Under the pieces are notes generated by a model that saw nothing but the letters and a program-made list of their open reading frames with translations, had not been told where the DNA came from and did no database searches. A DNA stretch of 62,591 nt, the filler included, from Corallochytrium limacisporum Hawaii (taxonomy: Eukaryota > Protista > Pluriformea): NCBI GenBank assembly GCA_002811645.1. It is 6 parts of 6 records of this genome, joined end to end, with 100 filler letters (N's around TTAATTAATTAA, not from the genome) between each part and the next. Parts side by side here need not be neighbours in the genome. Positions count along the whole stretch, not along the records: positions 4,434 to 24,727 come from PDIP01000130.1; 5 more parts are not named here. One strand, written 5' to 3'. Each line of letters opens with the position of its first letter. Positions within the stretch are counted from its first letter, which is position 1. Made by a program: the position numbers and the translations under genes. Below are positions 9,220-18,051 of the stretch, piece by piece.

Positions 9220-11457
9220 TCATTGATTTGCGATATCCGAAGCGGCTACTACAGCATCAATGCTCCTGGAGCATTCCTTGCAAAACGCCAAAGACAGAGT
9301 ATTGGTGGTCTGTCCGGTGGCTTTGTTCTTGGTCGTCTGAATGACGTAGTCGTTCTTGGCGATGGCACGTTCGAGATTCAAGCGGAAGTCCACGGGGGTC
9401 AGCCAACCAAGACGTGTGAGGGCAGCCAGGGCGTGCTCCTGCTTTATCTGCACATGGGCGGTAGTGTCAATGCCACAGCCAAAGCACGTCTTCATGACAC
9501 CCATAGCTGCTCGACCACAATCTCCGCAGATTGGGTACCGCGCGTTTTGGTCGCGGGATGGTGTCAACTGCAGGCGACTTATAAAGTCCTGCGGTAGTGA
9601 GCTGAGTTTGGGCGTATAGTAGTATTTGATCATGTGGGAAACTCCACAGGAGGTGCACGCCTGCAGACGCCGCTCCTGCAGGGTGTAGCAAGGCTCGCAG
9701 ATGTGGTCACCATGGTTCTGGTTGTGATCATGGACATGTTCGTGAACATGGCTATTCTGTAAGTGATGAGGGTCACCATTGCTTTCTTCAGATGGGAAGT
9801 CATTGATACGCAGTAGTTCGTCTCTGAGCTCTTTTTGCAGTGATCTTGCACTAAGGTTCAGCACACGCTTCGCCTCATTGCCACAGATACGACACCCTCC
9901 AGCCTGCCGTTGGCATGACACGCAGATGGTGTCCAATTCTACAGTTGCTGCGGTCCTCCCTTGCTGGTCTTCCGCCATTGAAATGACCTCCACCAACTGT
10001 GGTCGAGTACTGGACATGTACCGTTCTCGGACAAGACTCCGAAGTGCAGCCTCTGCCACGCTCTGCACCTGATCCGACACCGATGATTGTGTTGCATCGG
10101 TGCCACTATGCATCGCAGATGGAGCATCGGATGAAGACGGCGTTGCCTTCTGTGTGACCTTCCGTCCGCCACCGCTGTTGTGTAGGGTTTGGGCAGCGGC
10201 GTTAAGCTGCGCGTCCGTCCGAGGCTCTTCAATACGGACCATGCCCTCCTCATCAATGCCCTCGACCAATTTAGCTTCTATCTGTCCGTAGTGGACGGAA
10301 AGCGATGAGTTCGGTTTCTCGCATAGCGCACAATCTGATTCCCATAGAGTGCTACGGATGATTTCATTTCGGTAGCAGCAAGACTCGCAGAGGTAGGTTA
10401 GGGGATTAAACATATTGTCGGCATGGCGCACCACATTCCACACATCGTCTCCGTTGAGAATAGGTTCGGTTGTTGTGGTATAACCATAAGCCCGGTCATC
10501 ACCCGTAAGCGCTGCAGTAATCATGTCCGTGGCATCCACTTCCTGTCCTCTTTCGTTGACAAAACCACCTGGCGCTGACGTTGCAGCTGATGCTGAGGCT
10601 GACGCTGGTGCTGATTTTGATGACAAATCTTCCTCCGACCTTGTCGCGGATGCTGTCATTGATGATGATGATGACGATGAGGATGCTGTAATCTTTCTGG
10701 CTACAGCCGCAATCCCACGTGGAGGTACCTGAATAGCTGCCATAGTACGCTTGTGACACTCCCCACACTGGCGTGGGCCCATAACTTCGTGATGCCCCAC
10801 CCAGTGAGGCAACATTTGCGACTTGGACTGTACCAGCGCGGGAGGTGCCAGACGACGCCAACTGTCGCTGTCTTTGAATGACGATGACCGAATGCTGCTC
10901 AAGCCCCCTCCACGCCACGGACTGAGGGCCTGCCTCCCTTCTCCAGAGAGGTAGAAATGCATACCACGAGATGTCACCGACAGAGAAGCGTAGCCATGGC
11001 ACTCGCGACAGCATTCCCAGACATTGGCAGTACCCGGCAAGCGCTGGGAACGAGAGTGTATTGCCTCCAATGGTGACAGTGGCGTCCAGAATGACGGCTG
11101 GGCAGGAGTAATCGAGTGCAGATCTGTGCCACACAGGGCACACGGACGCTTCTTAGAATGGGCCTGCACCTGCTGTGCCAGCGAACGGTTCGCTGTGATT
11201 TCCAGTTGCTTTTGCCTGCGTTTTCTTATGCCCTTTGACGATTTCTGCCAGAGTGGAATCTTTGCATACCGTTTTAGTTGGAACTGCTCTGGATTGGGTG
11301 GTGACCGGCCGCGGATATCTGCGGACGATTTCCAGGGACCGCTGGTCGTGTAAATATCTGCTGTGGTTCGCTGTGTGCGCATCAGAGTGCTCTCCGCTTT
11401 CGCACCAAAAGTAGGCAAGCGCCACACTAGCGCTGCTATTGACTTTGATCCCCGCAT
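9220..11457 (-). CDS. Uncharacterised 745-aa protein with 12 CxxC motifs (six Zn-binding modules, first HNH-like)
   Basis: Long ORF; regular CxxC(G)...[LIF]CxxC pairs; basic Arg/Ser/Thr-rich N-terminus. Confidence 0.8.
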   Translation of the reverse strand: MRGSKSIAALVWRLPTFGAKAESTLMRTQRTTADIYTTSGPWKSSADIRGRSPPNPEQFQLKRYAKIPLWQKSSKGIRKRRQKQLEITANRSLAQQVQAHSKKRPCALCGTDLHSITPAQPSFWTPLSPLEAIHSRSQRLPGTANVWECCRECHGYASLSVTSRGMHFYLSGEGRQALSPWRGGGLSSIRSSSFKDSDSWRRLAPPALVQSKSQMLPHWVGHHEVMGPRQCGECHKRTMAAIQVPPRGIAAVARKITASSSSSSSSMTASATRSEEDLSSKSAPASASASAATSAPGGFVNERGQEVDATDMITAALTGDDRAYGYTTTTEPILNGDDVWNVVRHADNMFNPLTYLCESCCYRNEIIRSTLWESDCALCEKPNSSLSVHYGQIEAKLVEGIDEEGMVRIEEPRTDAQLNAAAQTLHNSGGGRKVTQKATPSSSDAPSAMHSGTDATQSSVSDQVQSVAEAALRSLVRERYMSSTRPQLVEVISMAEDQQGRTAATVELDTICVSCQRQAGGCRICGNEAKRVLNLSARSLQKELRDELLRINDFPSEESNGDPHHLQNSHVHEHVHDHNQNHGDHICEPCYTLQERRLQACTSCGVSHMIKYYYTPKLSSLPQDFISRLQLTPSRDQNARYPICGDCGRAAMGVMKTCFGCGIDTTAHVQIKQEHALAALTRLGWLTPVDFRLNLERAIAKNDYVIQTTKNKATGQTTNTLSLAFCKECSRSIDAVVAASDIANQ

Positions 11458-12122
11458 GGCTCTATTGATCTATTCTGCTATCTAATTCTTCAGACACTTG
11501 TCGACGGGACTTTGGTTGCGCCATTTCTGTGCTTTTGTGTATCATGCTTTTCATTGCTAAAACTGGATTTGGTCACCAATGTCCGAAAAACTTGGTCATT
11601 AAGGTACACTCAGTTACTCATCACAGGCTAAATACCAACAGCCGCCGTCAGCAAGACAAGGTGGTTAGTGAGTACGCCGAATGATTGCCAAATGAAACAG
11701 GTCCGCTGGCCCGCATTATGTGTCACCGAACCCCCTTCCTGGAGCGCGCTAAGTCATGCGGTGGGGCGGGTCTGTATGAGTCTGCCGGTTCCCCGATAAA
11801 TGGGCCCCGGAAACAAACAGATCTGACCCTGTTGTGTACTGTGGAGTTGTTTTCAATAGGAAGAGAATGGGACAAATTTTCGCAGCCGTCCACAAATTCG
11901 TCCGGACGAAGTAAGAGACAATGCCGGGCACAAGAACACTGCCGCAAAGATAACCACACAGCATCGCTGTGGTTTGCTCATTATAAATTACTTTCTGAGA
12001 TAACAAGCTATATGAACCGTTCCCAAAAGAACAGTGCTCATGATTCATTACCCACATAAGGGTGCTGCTGGTCAAAGATCGCAAACAGATCCTACTACTT
12101 GCTGGTTACCCTATACCCCGTA

Positions 12123-13763
12123 ATGACCAAGACACAGGTGCCCATACTCACTTTCCCGTACACATTCGGGGTACGTCCAGGGCATCCAATTGTGCTACGA
12201 CTGTCCTGTCTCGGCACCAAACCGATTCAATTCGGTGTGACTAAAGAGACTGACCTGCCTGCAGGAGTGTTTCTAGTACCGAACGAGGATGGGTCCAGTG
12301 CCCAACTAAACGGTTTCCTGCGGACCCCTGGCAACTATTCTATTGAGGTTGTGGCGGAGAATGAGCAAGGTAAAGACGTAAGGACCCTGACGCTCATGGT
12401 GGGCGAGGAGATTCTGCTGACGCCGATGCTAGGTTGGTGCAGTTGGAACTGCTTCGGTCCCACTTCCACCACACATAAGATCTTCACCGCAGGTAAGGCC
12501 CTAAAAGATCTCATGGGTGACTATGGCTATACCTACGTGAACATTGACGATGGTTGGCAAGGGGAACGCAGTCTGAAAAGCAGTGTGTTGTGGGGTAATG
12601 AGAAATTCCCGGACATGCGTGGACTCACAGATGATCTTCATGACATGGGCATGAAAGTGGGCATCTATTCCACACCCTGGGTCAACTCCTACGCTGGATA
12701 CACAGGGGGCAGTAGTAATCATTGGTGGGGCGCCGACACGGAGCCAACACCAGAATTTTTGCAGGCACAAATTCAGCCCACAGCCACAGACTGCCCATCC
12801 GATGCTCGAGCAAAGAAAAGGAAACACAAAGGCCGCCACGTAGGTCGGTTCCTCTTCGATTACCAGGATGCTATGACCTGGGCATCCTGGGGCTTTGATT
12901 CCATCAAATATGATTGGCACCCGATAACTGTGCTGCATGCCAAGCGCATGCATGACGGCCTCAGATCTAGCGGCCGGGACATTGTGCTTAGTCTATCCAA
13001 CACTGCAGACCTTGCGAACGCTGAAGGCTACGCCGCTCACTCCCAGATGTGGCGCACTGCCAATGATCTCCACGATCAGTGGGATTCCGTGACTAACGCC
13101 TGGGCCATCCACGAGCGGTGGCGGAAATACCAGAAACCCGGGTCCTGGAATGACCCCGACATGCTCGTGGTCGGGAGGGTCGGCTGGGGTGGGCAGCAGA
13201 GGGCAAATCGTTTAACTCTCGCTGAGCAGGGCACGCACGTGGCTTTGTGGTCGTTGTGGAGTGCACCGATGCTTCTGGGTTGCAACATGCAAGACCTACG
13301 CGATGACCCGGATCTATTGGACGTGCTTCAGAATGCAACCCTGATCGAGATTAATCAAGACATACTCGGCATACAAGCCAAAACGTTTGTTGGTAAGATT
13401 AAGGACGGTGACGTATGCATTGGCACGAAACCTATGGCTTGTGGAAGAGTAGCAATCAGTGCGACATGGACAGGAAAGGGCAGCGCGGACGAGGTGCAGG
13501 TTAACTTGCGAGACTGTGTGGCAGAATCACAGAGAATGTTGCATGAAGTACTTCAAAGAAAGCCAAATGAGACGATATACACTCCTGACTCCATAGATCG
13601 TCATTATACACGGTTCACGGTCACGGATGTGCTCAAGGAGGCTCCCCACGACACCCTGCCAACCATTGACCTTGACGATACGGATCAATCAAAGTATACA
13701 CTGACAATTACCTTACATGAGCATGCCACCAAGGTCTTCCTGTTGACTCCGATAACCCAATAG
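12123..13763 (+). CDS. GH27 alpha-galactosidase (melibiase) with N-terminal putative Ig-like domain
   Basis: LTPMLGWCSWNCF, NIDDGWQ, KYDW (nucleophile Asp), WRTANDL (acid/base), WNDPDMLVVG; LPAGV...G...PGNYSIEVVAEN Ig-like strand pattern. Confidence 0.92.
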   Translation: MTKTQVPILTFPYTFGVRPGHPIVLRLSCLGTKPIQFGVTKETDLPAGVFLVPNEDGSSAQLNGFLRTPGNYSIEVVAENEQGKDVRTLTLMVGEEILLTPMLGWCSWNCFGPTSTTHKIFTAGKALKDLMGDYGYTYVNIDDGWQGERSLKSSVLWGNEKFPDMRGLTDDLHDMGMKVGIYSTPWVNSYAGYTGGSSNHWWGADTEPTPEFLQAQIQPTATDCPSDARAKKRKHKGRHVGRFLFDYQDAMTWASWGFDSIKYDWHPITVLHAKRMHDGLRSSGRDIVLSLSNTADLANAEGYAAHSQMWRTANDLHDQWDSVTNAWAIHERWRKYQKPGSWNDPDMLVVGRVGWGGQQRANRLTLAEQGTHVALWSLWSAPMLLGCNMQDLRDDPDLLDVLQNATLIEINQDILGIQAKTFVGKIKDGDVCIGTKPMACGRVAISATWTGKGSADEVQVNLRDCVAESQRMLHEVLQRKPNETIYTPDSIDRHYTRFTVTDVLKEAPHDTLPTIDLDDTDQSKYTLTITLHEHATKVFLLTPITQ

Positions 13764-14036
13764 AATACATTTAACGCGTGTAGTGGCACTTTAGGTCACA
13801 TCGGAGTCGACAGCGTTGACACACTCTGGATGGAAACACAACAATATAGGACAAAAAAGGCCGCATGTTATCAGGAATCGTCTATTCTTAGAAATTGTCT
13901 AATCCCCGGTAACGGGTTCTATGTGAAATCTGCGCTCAGTCCCCTGTGTCCGAATGAAAGGAATGTCTGTGTATGTGTACATTGGCACTAGTTCAGTCCG
14001 CATTGGTCTTTCACATTCTATCGCTAGTTTCGGTTC

Positions 14037-15044
14037 TCAGATTCCGACACTATCAGAACCCCGCTGCCGCTTCGAAGGGTATGACTTCCGTCCGGGATTG
14101 AATCGAATCGGCTGCGGTGGATTGACCGCCCCAAAATTCCAGACTGAGGCTGCTCCTGCTGCTGCTGCTCCAGCGCCGGCACCAATACCTCCGGCCATGC
14201 CACCGATCATCGCCGGCGGTGGTGGGGCAGCGGCCGGGGGTCCACCTCCGAAGCTCTGCGGCGGTAGTGCCTTAGGCGCAGCAGCGACCGGTGGTGCGCG
14301 GGAAGCCGGAGGTGGCGGTGCGTGACCTCCAGGTCCTCGAGTTGGCGGTGGTGGCGGAGCCTGACGACTCGGAGGCGGCGGTGGAGGTGCACCGCGCGCC
14401 CCCCGGCCGGCCGGCCCCTTCGCGCCCTGCGGTGGAGGCGGTGGTGGAGCGCCTCGCGGACTGCCCGGAGGCTTCGGTGGCGCAAAGCGCTGCTGGGCCC
14501 GGAGAGCTCCACCACTGCTCCCCCCATGATCAGCACTAGCACCACTGTTTAAGTGTGGCTTCGATCCTTGCTTCGGTGCTGGAGGGGGAGGTGCTGCTGC
14601 TGTCGGTGGCTTGGATGCGTGCATTGGAGCTGGTGGTGGGGGTGCTGCTGCTGGCGGAGGCGGTGCTCCACCTCCGCCACCGAAGCCTGGTGGTTTTTTG
14701 GCAGGACCACCTGGCTTAACGTCCGGAGCCCTGCTGCCAGCGGGCTTTAACTTTGGCATGCCTCCTGCAAAGAGACCGCCTAGTTGCGGGGGTCCGCCGC
14801 CGCCACCGCCCATAGGTGCTGCGCCGCCGCCCCCGCCCGAGGGAGCGCTGCTGCCGCCGCCGCCGCCGCCGACTGATCCAACCTTGCCAATTGCAGGCGC
14901 ACTTTTATCTACAGTGACTGTCTTTTTCAATTTCGCTCCTTTGTGAATGTCCGATAGCAGGGCACCACGTCCCTTCTGTGGTGGAGGCATCTTTCCCGGG
15001 CCGGGCGGAGGAGGCGGCCCCGGAGGTGGTGGAGGTGGTGGCAT
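14037..15044 (-). CDS. WIP: Verprolin / WASP-interacting protein family actin regulator
   Basis: Poly-Pro start; WH2 RGALLSDIHKGAKLKKT; second LGGLFAGGMPKLK; C-terminal WNF...PP.P...KSYPSK WASP-binding motif. Confidence 0.9.
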   Translation of the reverse strand: MPPPPPPPGPPPPPGPGKMPPPQKGRGALLSDIHKGAKLKKTVTVDKSAPAIGKVGSVGGGGGGSSAPSGGGGGAAPMGGGGGGPPQLGGLFAGGMPKLKPAGSRAPDVKPGGPAKKPPGFGGGGGAPPPPAAAPPPPAPMHASKPPTAAAPPPPAPKQGSKPHLNSGASADHGGSSGGALRAQQRFAPPKPPGSPRGAPPPPPPQGAKGPAGRGARGAPPPPPPSRQAPPPPPTRGPGGHAPPPPASRAPPVAAAPKALPPQSFGGGPPAAAPPPPAMIGGMAGGIGAGAGAAAAGAASVWNFGAVNPPQPIRFNPGRKSYPSKRQRGSDSVGI

Positions 15045-17098
15045 TGTTATCTGCTTTGTCTCTCTGTTCTTAATTTGACCTTATGCGTACGAGAACAGGG
15101 ATCAGATAGATACGTGGCTTGAATTTGCTCAGTTTAGCTCGAATTCTGCCTTCAGGTTCGGGTTTCTGCTCTCAATAGAAATTCTTGTCCTTGCGTTTTC
15201 ACACCGAGAGTTCCTGTATCCCTACCTTATCCCGATGGCATTGCAAAAAATAAACCTAATAAGAGACTGATCTCGTTTCTTCTTTTCTGTGGTGGTGGTG
15301 TTACCCGCTATCCCCAGATTTCATTGACCTCGACCAACAGTTTACATTGGAGTCGGGCCGTACTGCTTTTGATATAGCTTACGCACAAATTGCTGGTGAT
15401 TTGAGTCCCAAACCGGTGAAGAAGAAAAGCCTCAAGATAAACGAAAGCACTCCGAAGGTGCGGTGAAGTTTTCCAAGCGACAGGAATCAGCCCCCGGGTG
15501 GAGACCGGTGTCGCTGTTGACCTGCTCGTTTGGGAACCACACACCATTGACCAAAGTCCGTAATACCCCGGATCCGCTGGGGCGCGGCCAACACCAACAC
15601 CAAGCAGCTAGAACCACAACAGTACTCCGTTTACACAAGCAGTTGCCCCTGGACTGAGAAAAAACCGTGTTTCACTGCGCCACCACCACCGTTGTCTACC
15701 CCGGCCGCTTTCACAACATCACCGTCTCCTCCTGCCCTCGTCCTCCTTTTTTGTCCCCCCCTCCCATGGCGCGCCCCAACCCATACTCGCTGCGCCCGGC
15801 CTCCCTCCTTTTTGTTTCACCGCTTTTCTTTCTGTGAAATTTTCTTTTCCGAACTTGCCCCCCGCACCTTTCTGGGCACAAACTCCACTTCTCACCACCA
15901 CCAACCTTACCCCCTCCCCCCCGGGGGGGGGGCCTTCCCTGTTCATTTGCACCAATCAAACAAAGTGAAGAAAGAAATGGCAAAACACAAGAAAATATTG
16001 AGGAGCGGACACCCCCCAGGGCCTGCCGGAGGTATGGGCTTTTTTCCAGACCGTGAGTATGATATACTTATTTCTGAACGTCACTGAAACCGAGACCGTG
16101 TGTTCGACATTTGACGGGAACGAGTATTACTTTAGTCCGTATGTAAATTGATGTCACATTGATTTACTTTTTCAGTTTAGGGAGGGTAAGGGAGACCCCG
16201 TGTACAGCAGCAGTGAGCCGTGTTTTGGCCTTCGACCACAGAGCCGGTAGGACTGGGGGAAGTGGGATGGTTTTCTGCCTTGTGACAATTCCCCAGGTGC
16301 AAGACAGGCAGACTACCTGGACTGTTAATATCGCAAACATAGATACAATTGGAGGCGAGGCCCGAGCCACCGGCTTTTGTGTTGGGTTGTTGAACCGTGT
16401 CTGGTTAAGCACTGGAGCAGATTGGTAGACAGGAGGAAATTTCGGGAACACAGGCGGGGTGCAAAAAAAAAAAGGGCGGCAGTGGAGCAGTGGGAGACCG
16501 TTGTGGAGTCGAGCCCTTCGCTCCCTTGTGGGTTTGCCAAGAGGGCGAGAGTGAGCTGGACGGAGGGAGGGAATCCGGCGGGAGGGAGGGAATCGGGAGG
16601 GAGGGGCTGAAGTATTGTAGTGGGAGAACCGCCCCATGCACGTGGATCTCAAGCAGCTGCAGCCTGGCTGAAAGGGACTTTGAATCTCACACTGCCATGG
16701 GTCTGGACCACACAAGCGCGTGAAGTCAGTTTGGCACCCCTGCACCGTATACCTCTAACCCCGTCCCATGTCTCCCAGTGGCCAACTCCACCACCACATC
16801 GAGCTGTGCAGAAGGTCGGTGTAGGACCACGCACCCAAGCAAACCAGAACAGTCATAGCAGTAGGGGAGTCGCTTTTGCAACACAAGTGCTTATGAAAGA
16901 GATTAGTTGCTCTTGTTCTGGAGTCGACAGTAATGGAATACACAAACAAAGTGTGATGGGCTTACCCAAAAAATCTTCTGGTAAGTTCTAGCATTCAAGG
17001 TATGAGAAGCATTGGAGCCTAAAGTTTATATCGCTGGGATAGAGCGCAAGTTATAGCACATATTGTATAAATCCATTCAATCGTACCTTTTTAGCACG

Positions 17099-17422
17099 AT
17101 GGTCCGCCCCACTTTCCGGCTCATGCAGTCCCTGAAGTCCTTCAGGCCTCTCGGCGATCGGGTTCTTATTCAGCGCGCCGAGTCGCAGACCAAGACCAAG
17201 GGTGGCATTCTTCTCCCAGAGCAGGCCCAGGAGAAGATGAACCAAGGCACCGTCATCGCCGTCGGTCCGGGTGCTCGCAACATTCAGGGAGAGCTTGTCC
17301 CCATGCAGGTAAAGGAGGGTGACCTCGTTCTGCTGCCTGAGTTCGGAGGCACGAAGATCAAGGTCGACGAGAAGGAGTTCCAGTTGTACCGCGACTCTGA
17401 TATTTTGGGTACTCTCCAGTAG
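17099..17422 (+). CDS. HSP10: Mitochondrial 10-kDa chaperonin (Cpn10/GroES)
   Basis: FRPLGDRVL, TKGGILLP, AVGPG, VKEGDLVLLPEFGG, RDSDILG. Confidence 0.96.
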   Translation: MVRPTFRLMQSLKSFRPLGDRVLIQRAESQTKTKGGILLPEQAQEKMNQGTVIAVGPGARNIQGELVPMQVKEGDLVLLPEFGGTKIKVDEKEFQLYRDSDILGTLQ

Positions 17423-18051
17423 GAATACTTTCTCTTCTCGAACTGGTCATGCCATAAGGTTGACATGGCCTTTCAGTACTTTGTAGCATATTAATGGAAT
17501 TTTAAAATGATCTTGGAAGCCTTTCCAGCTCAGAGCAAGAACACGCGCGAATGGATCCCGCATCATCGACATTTGCTACTTCCGTATTAAACTTGTCAAG
17601 ATCTTTTGGCTTCGGCTTTTATTTAAGAACGTCTTCTCCTTTATTGCGCATTTTTGTCATGATATCTGTGTCTCAACACGCTTACAAAGAGACCCCTGGC
17701 AAATGGATACCAAGCTTGGAGCCCCACGATCATCTATTTGTGTTCGTCTAGACCGCATTCACCGTCGTGGCAGGCCAGGAAAATAATGGACTCCCGTTTC
17801 CTCTCCCAATCGCTTGCTTTTTCCCCGCCAATGATTTGAGTACGCCCCTGGCCAAACCAAACCAAAGCAAAGCCAAAACAAACCAAAGCTGTCAAGAAGC
17901 CAACCAAAGGTAGATCACAGGACAATTGAATAGAAAATGGTACGATGCGCACGTGCATATCATGATCGTGGATGTAAGACACAATGATAGCGAAATAATT
18001 TAGATTAGAATCAAACAGCAACTTATAAACTACCATGAACACTCCTCCAAC

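Noticed and set aside
11685-12059. ORF in frame with GH27 across a single TAA (possible readthrough)
   Set aside because: Upstream peptide has no recognisable features and overlaps the divergent promoter region
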